NCBI RefSeq assembly: GCF_037042905.1
Contig: NC_087251.1
Span: 21,080,001-21,144,000 of the forward strand
Direction of reading: 5' to 3'
Length of the DNA: 64,000 nucleotides
DNA from: Lytechinus pictus
Lineage: Eukaryota
This document shows, in pieces, positions 26,921-38,000 of the stretch. Each line of letters starts with the position of its first letter. The first letter of the stretch is position 1. Under the pieces are notes generated by a model, which saw nothing but the letters and a program-made list of their open reading frames with translations, did not search any database and was not told the origin of the DNA. The position numbers and the translations under genes were made by a program.

Positions 26921-27309
26921 TATGAAGATGTGTGAATATTAGAAGTTCGATAAATGGCCTAGAAGACATTACACAATTCACTGCGGTATTGTAAAGGTGC
27001 ACTCCGAGCATTTCAACACCTGAAACAAGATCTGGTTAGACAGCAGATTCTCTCTCAAGACAAAAGTTTAGGTTTTCTCTATGGATCTGTGACATGAGAA
27101 TCGGACATATCTCAAGAACACAAACACGATGACTTCGATACGAACTGCCTCTGCAGAATACTTGTACTAAATTGGTTTGATTTCAACAATTAGAGATGAC
27201 TTTTATAATATGAGGCTGCCCTATCAATCAAGCCATCCAATGGAACACCAAATCGATGATAACTGACATTAATTATTATCCTTTTTTTATTAAAAAAAAA
27301 ATCTGACAC

Positions 27310-28093
27310 AAGTCCTTCTCCGATGTGCTCATTATTGAACCTCATACATTATTGTGTCTATCCTCTCCTCTATTTTCTCCTCTCCTGTCCGCTTATCCGC
27401 CTTCCTACCGGTTATTTGTTTACGGCATCAATCACATTTTTCGTGCATTATATTCTTTCCAGGTTATTTTATATACTTTTTCTCCTTTTATACACATCAT
27501 TGAAACCAGTTTGCTTGAGTCCACGACGGCATGTGTTCTATCTACATACAGCAACACCCATCCATCTTCTCAGGGCATTCTCCCCTTTTTTATTTTTATT
27601 TTATTTTTTCCCCCTTCTCTTTTTCTGGGGGGGGGGGTGGGGTGGGGAATGGTGGATATTTTTAGGACGGATTGTTTTGTCCTTTATCTTACTGTATATT
27701 TTTGATAACTTTGTATTTATTTTGTGAGTATTTCCCTCTCAGTTATTGATTTTTTTCTCATTTGATTATCTGTATTTATACTTTGCTATTTTGTTATTTG
27801 TTGTGTTATCTATTTTTTTAGGGGCCCACATTGTACAAGCATTGCTTTTTAGTGGGTCCCTCCATTTCCATCTTAATTTAATTTCTATTGAAAAATAGTA
27901 TACTTATTTAAAACCTACAATGTGTTGCCCAAATTGTCTAAGTGTTTTTTTGTTTTTTTTCACAACATATGTATCATTATTTTCTTTTTTTTGCAACGTA
28001 TACAAATATTTATGTTTATATATGGCATACAATTCATGTATGTACAATTGATGGAAGTGAAATAAATAAATTTGAATTTGAATTTGAATTTGA
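27310..28093 (+). mobile_element. LINE (CR1/L2-group) 3' UTR with (TTTGAA)n tail
   Basis: T-rich UTR, hairpin GGGCCCAC...GTGGGTCCC (~27822-27860), AATAAA at 28061 followed directly by TTTGAA tandem tail (28071-28093). 5' boundary approximate. Confidence 0.65.
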
Positions 28094-29666
28094 TCATTCA
28101 ACACCCCGAAGGTAAAGGTGTATATCAAGCTGGGGGAAGCTGGATGCCTCTAAGTTGGATGAAGCGGCAATCATTGATAGGACAGGTGCAGTACTGCATT
28201 GGAAAAGATATATTATGGAGATGCACATGTAATCCGTTAATGAAGTCCAATGATAAAAAAAAAATTATTAAAAGGATATGCAGTGACTTATTCGTTGTGG
28301 GACTTTAGAACATCACAGTCTGGCTTTTAAAACACGGAAAACGGTCTTATTGATAGACAAAATGAGGGATTAGATGGATTATATGTGGGTTCAGTTCTGA
28401 TAATTTTTTTTTCAATATTGGGACAATTTGACGAGCGTAATGGAGAAAAACACAGGACATCTCATTTTCAGCAGACGGTTTTCACTTCCTTTTGCTGAAG
28501 AAAAACACACTAAATATATATACATGTATGTGTGATCAGATTCTGTTGGTCGGGAACATAACTACTCCAAAGGATATTAAATGCAACTGATTGACTATTA
28601 GGAGTTGAGAATTACAGTACTGTTATGATTCAAATTTAATAACTCATCATCTAAAATTGTATGATGAATTGATTGATATCATAATTCAAGATACCATTTT
28701 ATAATAAAAATATAAGCAATTAATAGTGACATTCGCTTGAATACAGATAGGTTCATGAAACTCGTTGGATCTCCACCAGTGTGTTTTTAAATGGGAAGGC
28801 CCTCCGCGCAGGAGTTTACCTTTGTATGCAGATGTGGGTGTGGGAGTTGGTGCATCTGTTTATGCCCATGGATATATGCGAATAAAAAAGTGATTACATA
28901 ATTAAATCATTGAAGCTAATTATTTTCTGCCATTGATAATCAATAATGTACAAAACAAAAGGTACAAAATACAAAGAAATACATAAGAAATTCAAAAACA
29001 ATAAAATACATTATTATTCACTGTGATATTATATTCTAAGGGCTGTACAATTATTTATAATGATGTAAATGCTATTTGTACCAAAAATATAAACATTTGA
29101 GCTGAAATTATCAAATTATAGCACAATGATCCAAAATATGCATAAATTTGCATAATTAATTAGCCGCAAACAAAAATAACAAATTTTCCCGAAAGGTACA
29201 CGTATGTATGCAGGATTTTGCAGTATTCATGTCTGTGAAAGCGAATATAATTAAAGAACATTGTCGAAATAAGATTCTGAATTGTCAATTTGGCAGCCAT
29301 TTTATTTATGCAAATTAGGTGGTCAAAACATGAGAAATTCGCTTGGGAACCGATCTTATCAGATTCAGCATATTTGAATTGTGTGATATAGTCCGGTTTC
29401 CAACTTTTACCCCAAAATGCTTCTTAAAGTTTATATAGGCCTCTTTTTCCAGAATGGGTCTAGTCTATATAGCGATCTAACTGTTAGCAATTTGGCCTTA
29501 TTTTTTCATTAGATATATAAATATATATATTTATATACAGTGAGTCCCAGAAAAAACGAAACCGAGATTTATCGATGATTTATCATAACTTAATCACAAA
29601 TACAATAGACAAGTGACCTACCATTGTAAAGCTTAGAATCTCCTCTATCATCTGAAAGGGGACATC

Positions 29667-29790
29667 CCGATAGACCGCGGGTCCGATAGACCGCGGGTCC
29701 GTTAGACCGCGGGTCCGATAGACCGCGGGTCCGATAGACCGCGGGTCCGATAGTCCGCGGGTCCGATAGACCGCGGGTCCGATAGTCCGC
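29667..29790 (+). repeat. 16-bp tandem repeat CCGATAGACCGCGGGT, 7 full copies plus 1 partial (left outer TIR domain)
   Basis: Direct count; variants CCGTTAG and TAGTCC; no spacers. Confidence 0.95.
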
Positions 29791-29944
29791 AGTGTGTGTA
29801 AAATTATGATCAGATATATCAAATGTCATCGAGAGGTCCAACGGTCAAATGATACGAGGCCATGGGGTTCTATCAGGTGCGGATCCATGGAGGGCCGAGG
29901 GGGAACTGCCTCTCCCCCCCCCCCACCCCCAGCTCAAAAAAAAA

Positions 29945-30646
29945 AAGAGGGGGGAAGAGGGGAAAAGGGAGAGAATAAAAAAGAAAGAGGAAGATGGGAA
30001 AAGAAGAGAATAGAAAAGAGAGTAAGCAGGAGAAAGGAAGAGAAGAAAAAGGGGAAAGGAAAGACAAAGAAAAAAGGGAGAAGAAAAGGGGAAAGAAGAG
30101 GGAAAAAAGAGGAGGGAAAAGGAGAAAGGAGAAAGGGAAAGGAGGAAAAAGAAGAAAAAAAAGAGGAACGAAGAGAAGAATATTTAAATAGAGAGGGAGA
30201 TGGGAAGAAAGATAAGAAAAAAGAGAGAGAGAGGAAGAGGGGAAGAAGAGAAGAAAGAGAGAGAGGGAGGAAGGAAGGGGAGAGAGAGAAGAAAAAATAT
30301 TAAAAGAGAAAAAAGGGAGAAGGAAAGAAAAAGAAAAAGGGAGAAGTAAAGGGGAAAAGAGAAAAAAAGTGGAAGAGGGAAAAGAAAAGAACGGAGTAAG
30401 GAAAAGGGGGGAAAGAAGAAGAAAAAAGAGCGAGAGTAAGTGGGAAGAGAGGAAAAACGAGAAAAGAGGGAAAGAAAAGACAGCAAAAAGAGAAGAAAAG
30501 GGGGAAAGAAAAGATGGGGGAAAGAGAAGAAAGGGGGGAAAAGAAGAGGGGGAAAGAAAGAGATAAAGAAAGAGAAAGGAAGGAAGGGGAATGAGGATAA
30601 AAGAAAGAAAAAAGAAAGAAAAGGAGATGGGAAACGGAAGAGGGAG
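29945..30646 (+). repeat. ~700-bp polypurine (GA-rich) low-complexity tract
   Basis: Almost exclusively A/G on the + strand. Generates the spurious K/E/R/G-rich and F/S/L/P-rich ORFs. Confidence 0.95.
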
Positions 30647-30671
30647 ATGTTGACCTGGACGTCGATTTGAT

Positions 30672-30895
30672 GGCGCCAAAATGACGTTCGAACTATGGGG
30701 CGCCGAATTGATGTTCGATCTAGCGGGGCACCAAATTGATGTTCGAACTAGGGGAGCGCTAATTTGAATTTTGACCATAATGCGACAAATACATGTTTCA
30801 GAGAGGGGAGGGAGGGCAAAGTTATATTTCACATGATGGGGGCGCCAAGTTTATGTTCAACCGAGGGCGCCAAATTGACCTTGAACTTAGAGGGC
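30672..30895 (+). repeat. 27-28-bp GGCGCC minisatellite (GGGGCGCCAAATTGATGTTCGAACTAG-like)
   Basis: GGCGCC or variant at 30672, 30699, 30727, 30755, then 30841 and 30866. Two more GGCGCC near the element's right end (~33767, ~33796). Confidence 0.75.
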
Positions 30896-31101
30896 TTCAT
30901 GCAAATTCATTTTCGACCGGGGACGCAACATTGCCTGTTTATAGTGAAATATATGTCCTTCCAAAAAACTTCAATTAATGCGGCTGAAATTAAAATATCC
31001 CGTTTTTACGATCACAGAAAAAAAAATGTTTTCGAGTTTTAAGTCTGTTTAACGAGATAGATACCCTGTTCAGGGTCACAAAAAAGGGTTATTGTCAAAT
31101 T

Positions 31102-33630
31102 CAGCTCGCGCTACGCGCTCGCAATATTTGATTAATGAGGTATGCATCTCTGCTTCAATCCCACATGCAAGTGTTAGTGTTTTTCAAGTCAACATACATA
31201 GGTCGATCCAGGGGGCAAAGATTTTGCCCCCCCCCCCCATGGTGGCGCAAAAAGGGGTAAGAAACAGAAAAAAGGAAGAGAAAAGGACAAGCAATTAGAA
31301 TAGGAATTATACCTTAGTCCTTCTTAAGTCAGTATATAAATACAGCTCAATAGGCTGATATGTAGTTTGAAATATCAAGTTTTGATATCAATATACAAAA
31401 CATAATTCAGCTCGGACATCGATCTTTCATTATTTTGTTTTATTTACCAATTTATGTTTTAAGTGCTCTGGAAAATGTCCGTTTTATGGTTTGAATCAAC
31501 ATTTGCAACATTTTGTGCGCTCGCACTATATGCCAAGTAGGCCTATGTATTGTCTTTTTATATTTCATATAAGATTCTCTAAATATACCTTTTCAGGTGT
31601 CTCGATTATAAAAAAAAAATAATAAAGGCCTATGAGCTAGCGCTGTGCGCTCGCGTTTTGATTGGTGAGTTATGTATACCTATATATTAATTTTATAACA
31701 AACTACTTAAATCCCCCCATTAAAAGAAAAATCCGGATCGCGATTTGCGCTCGCATTATTTGCTAAAAATATATCAACCAATGAATCCTATTCATGATTA
31801 CAAAAATACTTAAAATATCCAGTTTTCAGGCCTCATGCACTGTCAACAAATTTCACACACTCATTAGGCTTAACAGATTAATAAATATGAAATAAAATTT
31901 GTATAAATTCATTATAACTAAATTGTCCCTTTTTCAGAAATAATTTTTTAGGAAAACAAAGAGAAGATAGTCATCATTCTTATATGATGACAAAATGTCC
32001 TTAGGCCTAAAATGTCTCGATCCTAGGTCAAATAAATAATAAAATATCAGCTCGCGCTTCGCGCTCGTATTATTTATATAGTGCTATCAAATTTCCCTAT
32101 ATACACAGTGCTGTAAACAGTGCTTGAATTGACCCTTTTCATATCGGAATTTCAAATATTATTTTCAGCTCGGGCTCTGCGCTCGCATTATTGATTTTTA
32201 TGATGAAAAATGAAATGTATTCAGATTGCCAGGATTCTGTCTAACTCTAAAACACGAGTACGCATGTTTTTAGGATACAAAGCTTGATCTTATTCAAAAC
32301 GTGCTAAAATTATTCAGTTTCGAATCAGAATATCAAAAAAAATTTGCTCGCGCTTTGCGCTCGCATTATTATTGTAGGAAGATACAAAAAAATTACCCAT
32401 CCTTTTTCATGATTGACAAACATGAATCGAATGTCCCATTGGGGGATTTGAAATCTCATATTTTTAGGTTGGAATATCAAAAATGTTCAGCTCGCGCTTC
32501 GCGCTCGCATTATTTAATCGTTGAAATATGTATCGTCTTAATGGCTAACTGCAAAACATCCTTAACATGTCCCTTTTCGACCAGGCCAGAACGAATATTT
32601 AACATTTCTGCTCGGCTTCGCGCTCGTGGTAATTATCTAGTTATATACGCTGTTCAGGTTCACAAACATTGCCCAAAATGTTCAATTTTCAGGACAAAAT
32701 ACATGAAATTTCATTTTTAGATTACATAGGGCTTAAGAGATTATTACACATTTATGTTGCTTATAAAGTAAAGCTAGGAAATGACTGTTAGGACATGGGT
32801 GTTTTGCTCCCCCCCCCCCAAAAAAAAAAAAAAAAAAAAAAAAGAAGAGAGAATCAAGACTAAGAAAAAATAGAGAGAAAAGGAAAGGGATAAGGATGAA
32901 ATATAATATTATTTTCCAAATATTATGTCAAAATCTATCACAACCTTGTATTTTTGTAATAAAAATGTCAGCATATTTGTTTGCTCGCTTCGCTCACTGG
33001 CAACTTCTTATTAATTTTATGCGATACACCATATCGAGCCCCCTCGAAATTGTTGGCTCATTACGGCACTGGGACAACCCCTTCAAAGAAAAAAAAAAAA
33101 AATCAACTTTGAGCGGCCGATCGGGGAAAATATGGGTGAAAAAATGGCCCCTCCCCCTAATGGCGGAAGCTGGGTCCGCCCCTGACTTAGGCTTTCAGGA
33201 TATAATACATGATAAATCTATAAAAAAAAATCAGATCGCGCTTCGCGTTCTCATTATTTATTTAGGCCTTGTGAGATACCTCAATTTGTTTTTAAGAATG
33301 AAATATCAGATTTTCTTTGACGTCTACCCCCCCCCCATTTCATTTATTTTTTTTAACTTGGTGCCCTCGCTGCCCATCCCCCCCCCCCCCGTGCACCCAT
33401 GCTGAATAAATACGCCACTGATGAGGAGAATTAGTCGATTGCTTCGAGATCGCATTATTCCCAAGAGGTTATCAGTAATATTATTGAAGGGTATTTTAAC
33501 ACAACAGTACAGAAACTAGAGCTCCCGTTCACAGAATATTCTAGTAGGGCCTACTCTGGTAAGAAGTTAAACCAAATTGAACCCCTCCCCCCCCAAAAAA
33601 AAAAAATCGCTCGTGCTTTGCGCTCCCATT
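31102..33630 (+). repeat. Spaced array of a GCTCGCGCTTCGCGCTCGCATT motif in diverged AT-rich units
   Basis: Clear copies at ~31102, 31634, 31734, 32048, 32166, 32346, 32488, 32608, 33232, 33607; degenerate ones at ~31408, 31516, 32981, 33436; all in the same orientation. Confidence 0.85.
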
Positions 33631-34010
33631 GATATTACATTATATATTCATGGATTTTTTTTTCAAGAACACATGAAAAAGTGGTCTTTGGTTTTTTTAA
33701 AATGTGATTATAAGATAATTCAAAATCCATTTAAGGCACTTTAGTTAGCCTGGCCGGGAGGGAGTGGGCGCCATTTTTCGAAAAGTACACATATGGGCGC
33801 CAAAAATCAGGTCAAATTTGCCCCCCCCCTCCCTCCCCAAGAAATCCTGGATCCGCGCCTGGGTTCTATAACAATAACCCAATTAGGGCAATCACCCCCT
33901 GACAACTACTTCAAGGAAAATATTATCCCCATATTTTTACCGGCGGGGACTGATACCCCCCCCCCCGGAAATTTACCCTCCAGATAATTACCCCGGATAA
34001 TTACCCCTAG

Positions 34011-34690
34011 TATGGAGCCTTGAAAATGCCATTAACGTGACGACATGGCGTGGTACTTTATCTTGCCATGTCTTAATTAATCATTGGCGGCGGAAGGCAA
34101 AAAAATTTAGGGGGGTCCACCTGAAATTTTGGGATGGACACAGGTAAAAAAATTGACAAGCAAATCAACCAAAATTTATAGGAAGGACCACCAATTTTGA
34201 AAAATTTTTGACAAGAAAAAAGGTTATAAACCAAAATTAGGGGGACAAAAAGATTTTAGGGGGGGTCCACCTCAATTTAGGGGGGACGTAGAAAACAAAT
34301 TGACAAGCAAAAAAAAGGTTCTCAACTAAAAATCTAGGGGGGACCGTCCCCCACCTCAAATTTAGGAGGAAAGGTCCCCCCCCCCCCAGCTTCCGCCGCC
34401 TAAGTAATTAATACGCTTATTATTTTGACATAGCGATATATTCTATCTTGTCAAGTCGATATGTCCACATGGCGGGATATGAAGTGTACAAGCCCCGGCG
34501 AGAATCCCGATATATCGCTATGTTGAAATGTAACTTATTTAAGTCGACTTGGCAAGATAAAATATCTCGCCATGTTGACATATAACTTTTTATAAGTGGA
34601 CTGACTTGGCAGGATAACGTATCGCGCCATTATTTAGTCGACATGGCAAGATAAAGTATCTCGCCATGTCGTCAAGTCGATGGCTCCGTA
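34011..34690. repeat. Central domain of the foldback element built from GAC(A/T)TGGC(G/A)AGATA motifs; possibly a separate nested element
   Basis: Reiterated GACATGGCG/GACTTGGCAAGATA in both orientations, bounded by TATGGAGCC / GGCTCCGTA inverted ends. No TSD found. Confidence 0.5.
34082..34404. mobile_element. 323-bp hAT-like MITE
   Basis: Ends CATTGGCGGCGGAAG / CTTCCGCCGCCTAAG. Perfect 8-bp TSD TAATTAAT (34074-81, 34405-12). Internal TTTAGGGGGG and TTGACAAG repeats. Confidence 0.88.
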
Positions 34691-34897
34691 TGGCGTCTAG
34701 AGGGTAAATTTCCGGGGGGGGGGGGTAACAGTCCCTGACGATAAAATATGGGGATAATATTTTCCTTGAAGTAGATGTCAGGGGGCGATTGTCCTTTGGG
34801 TCATCGTTATAGAACCCCAATGGACTCGTATCATTGGCCTTTTGACCTCTCGATGGCATTGGATCTCACTATATCCTGACCATAATTTTACACACAC

Positions 34898-35006
34898 CGC
34901 GGGCTATCGGACCCGCGGTCTATCGGACCCGCGGACTATCGGACCCGCGGTCTATCGGACCCGCGGGCTATCGGACCCGCGGTCTATCGGACCCGCGGTC
35001 TATCGG
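34898..35006 (-). repeat. 16-bp tandem repeat, 6 full copies plus 1 partial (right outer TIR domain)
   Basis: ACCCGCGGTCTATCGG units, reverse complement of the 29667-29790 array. Confidence 0.95.
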
Positions 35007-38000
35007 GCTGTAACCATCTGAAATTACTTAAATTATTTATCATTCACGCATGAGTGAGCAAAAACAATTTGAAGAAAGGATACCAAAAACTCATTTGACG
35101 GGGGTATCTGAATTTCAAAAAGAAAATCACATGCCTAAAAAGTTCAATATCTGCTCTTTTATTTGATACCTTAATCACAGAAAATGGTCAAAAGGTAAAA
35201 AAGTTCTGTCCCCTCGAAACAATGCTTGTATTTCCATAATTTCATTAAATAAACGTGTTTTCACCGGTTTCCCACAGAAGCTATCGCACGGTTAACAAAA
35301 GACTTAATGCATGGCTGATCGTCAACAAAACGGAGTGTCAAGTGACTCAGAACGCTAGCCTGTAAAACCTCATCATTTTATGAAATTATTGAAATTCAAG
35401 CTTTATTTCAAATGACCAGAACTTTATTATTTCTTGACCATTTTCTGTAATTGAGGTATCAAATTAAAGAGCAGATATTGAACTTTCTAAAAATGTGGTT
35501 TTCTTTTTGAAACCCAGATACAGCCCGCCAAGTGAATTTTTGGTATCCCCTCTTCAAATTGTTTTTGCTCACTCATGCGTGAATGAGAAATAATGTAAGT
35601 AGTTTCAGATGAAAGAGGAGATTCTAAGCTTTACAATGGTAGGTCACTTGTCTATTGTATTAGTGATTAAGTTATGATAAATCATCGATAAATGTCGGTT
35701 TCGTTTTTTCTGGGACGCACTGTATATATATTCCGGTATTATGTACACGATTTTATTATATCCTGGGAAAAATATTTACTTATGCAAATCATATGACATG
35801 TGATGAGTGAATTAAAACACAATAAATCCATTTGAAAGCAATTCTAGCATACTTTGGGTGAATATAAAGCACAGCGAGAATGTGTTTGGGGGTGAAATCC
35901 TAAACCATCGACTACTCTGTCAGAGTAGTAGGTCCATGCCTAAACCCACCTCTCCCAGTAGATATATTCGCTTTATTTTCTTTCAGAAAGCAATTTCACA
36001 AGTAATTACAATTTCAATTTACAATAAGCCTTCTCGATAATTAGCATAACCGAATGCTTGCAAGAACCCTACACAGGTCTTGCTCATTTCAATTTATCGT
36101 CTTACTGTATCTTGCAAAATGCTAAAAAAAATTAGGGCGAAAATCTGCACATTTTCTGAATAAATCTACCGGTGTTCGAAAAGATCGAATCTATATTCAA
36201 GTGCATGGATTAGCAAATTACGTGTTATTTTGTCGATATACAAAAGAAAAATCGGTTGAAAACCCATCCATTAAGTTGCTATATCTAGAGCCACAGTGAA
36301 TGAAATTTTAAGAGCCCCAGCGTCTATATTTTGTCTGTCATGACGATACGAGAGAATCATCAGTTCATATTCAAGGTACCCAATTTACAAGCTAGAAAAT
36401 GCATATTATTTACAATCCGTTTTACATCAACTTCTCGCCATCATCGGCATGTGCATACCACCAATGTCCTCACGAAAAACGAGAAATCACTTGCGATCGA
36501 TTCTAATTTTATTTTCATTGTGTCACTTTGATATAGCAGTTTGCCCAATTATTGTCTGCATGACAATTATTTATAAGGATTGTAAGGATTCGGGAGAAGG
36601 CCATCTGCAATCTCTCTTTGCTGTTTAAGCCTGATTTTTAGATTTTGAGATGACGTCATTGCAATGGAATCAAGTAAAGCTCCCTCACTTGATTACCATT
36701 TAATGTGTGTTAATTGGGACAACCTACTTTTCCACTCTCTTGGATTCTCCTTTTTTCTGTTCAACCGCTCGTCCATAGCCCCTTCTGCAAAACCCTCTTA
36801 TTTTCCTTTAAATTGCACTCGGTCCGTCATTATGAGTTTAAAAATTTAACGAAATGTTTATTACAATATCTTAATCCTTCAAACTACGTATAATTTCTCG
36901 AATTAGAGCATTAATCAAATTTGCATTTTGAGAAGACGATTATGTGCGTTGGTAAAGGGGTAGAGCTATATTGAATTTAATATTGGTTGTTGAAAATGTT
37001 GTGTTTTTCTATTGTATTGAGCTTATTCATTGCTCGGCTAAGATAGAGCATAAACCGGCATAGAACCGTGTTTTTCACACTTTGTTGGAAACAAAAGAAC
37101 TAAACGAACTGAGAACAATCGAGTGAAAGAAATAGACCTTATGAAGAATGCAGACGGGAAAGGATAAGAAAATCCGATATACAAACAAAAAACACGTTAG
37201 GAAATAGGAATAGTTCGAATAGGGTTCATTTTATGGTCACTGGGGATTTCTGTAATGCGAGACTACTGTTTTAAGTGTATCAAGGCGTCCGTTTCTTTCC
37301 ACATTCTACGCCATTTGCAATTCATCTTACATACACTTGGCCACCTTCCCGTTTCACATTATCACATTTTGCTCCTGAATTGTAAATCTGTTGGGAAAAG
37401 GATAGGCGCCCCCCCCCACCACCACCATTACAAAAACAGTTTGCCTGATATAGAGACCAAAAGGAAGTGTTCTCTTCGATTCTATTTTGTTAATACTTTA
37501 ATTGTTTGTCACGTTTGAAACGATTGTATCTATAAATAAATACCTTTTGTGTTTATAGCATAGCAATGTATTCTCAACTAGTAAGGAGCATAGTAAAAAG
37601 TACTATAGAAACTGCAGCAATATTAAGAAATTCATTTCTTAATTGATGGTATTTTACTTTATATATTCTGAGCTTTTACTTGTTCAACTTTATTTTACAC
37701 AGCGTTTTGAATATTCGGGGGTAAAATCTCATTCGTATTAATCATAATGCAGGTAAAAAAAAGTTTAAGAGGTAATTGTCATACAGGGAAATGATAAAGT
37801 TCGTGCAAATAAAGAATAACAAAAAAACATAAACATCACCCTTTCAGAACTCAACATTGAAAAAGAGAGCAAAGCAAAACGATCATCTAGATTGAATTTA
37901 GGTTTCGATTGGTGAATAAACAAACACCCACATAATCAATTTATGAAAGGGTTGTAGTATCAAATTTCATTTGCTAGGGACGCTATTGACAAACCACTGT

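Larger units (their letters stand above)
24322..29467. mobile_element. Non-autonomous Academ-like DNA transposon with long TIRs
   Basis: 24322-~25000 is the diverged reverse complement of ~28815-29467 (e.g. GCATTTTGGGGTAAAAGTTGGAAACCGG vs CCGGTTTCCAACTTTTACCCCAAAATGC). Termini TAGAC(A/T)AGACC. TAT at 24319-21 and 29468-70 (3-bp TSD). TAG ends, long TIRs and 3-4-bp TSDs are Academ hallmarks. Confidence 0.8.
29874..33861. mobile_element. Composite non-autonomous hAT-like element (3988 bp)
   Basis: TIR CAGGTGCGGATCCA / TGGATCCGCGCCTG. Perfect 8-bp TSD GGTTCTAT (29866-73, 33862-69). Internal right-end-like motifs at ~33071, ~33184 and ~33420 suggest further embedded elements. Confidence 0.88.
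29658..35015. mobile_element. TU/foldback-like element with modular TIRs (16-bp tandem outer domain plus unique inner domain)
   Basis: Ends GGGGACATCCCGATAG / reverse complement GGTTACAGCCCGATAG. ATCTGAAA at 29650-57 and 35016-23 (8-bp TSD; 9 bp if the shared C is counted). Inner arm 29791-29873 + 33870-~33985 mirrors ~34697-34897. Confidence 0.9.
29538..35722. mobile_element. Tc1/mariner-type MITE (~820 bp when reconstructed), interrupted by nested insertions
   Basis: TA|CAGTG...CACTG|TA. 29538-29657 vs reverse complement of 35603-35722 differ at 4 of 120 positions. The TIR continues at 35024-~35210 vs ~35415-35602. Confidence 0.9.

Noticed and set aside
27323-27727. Hydrophobic 134-aa and 126-aa ORFs
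   Set aside because: T-rich LINE 3' UTR composition; no recognisable protein features.
29667-29790. CRISPR array (also 34898-35006)
   Set aside because: Head-to-tail 16-bp units with no spacers, mirrored at both ends of a TSD-flanked element; no cas genes; eukaryotic context.
29583-29841. Repeat-peptide ORFs (IGPAVYRTRGLSDPR)
   Set aside because: Translation of the 16-bp tandem repeat crossing transposon boundaries.
29794-30832. ORFs of 169 aa (+) and 319 aa (-) and neighbours
   Set aside because: Artefacts of the stop-poor polypurine tract; low-complexity K/E/R/G or F/S/L/P composition.
32301-33405. 139-aa and 169-aa ORFs with ARASRSHY repeats
   Set aside because: Translation of the GC motif array; not a transposase.
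31102-33630. True CRISPR array
   Set aside because: Spacers are too long, uneven and mutually similar; repeats are degenerate; lies within a hAT-like element; no cas genes.
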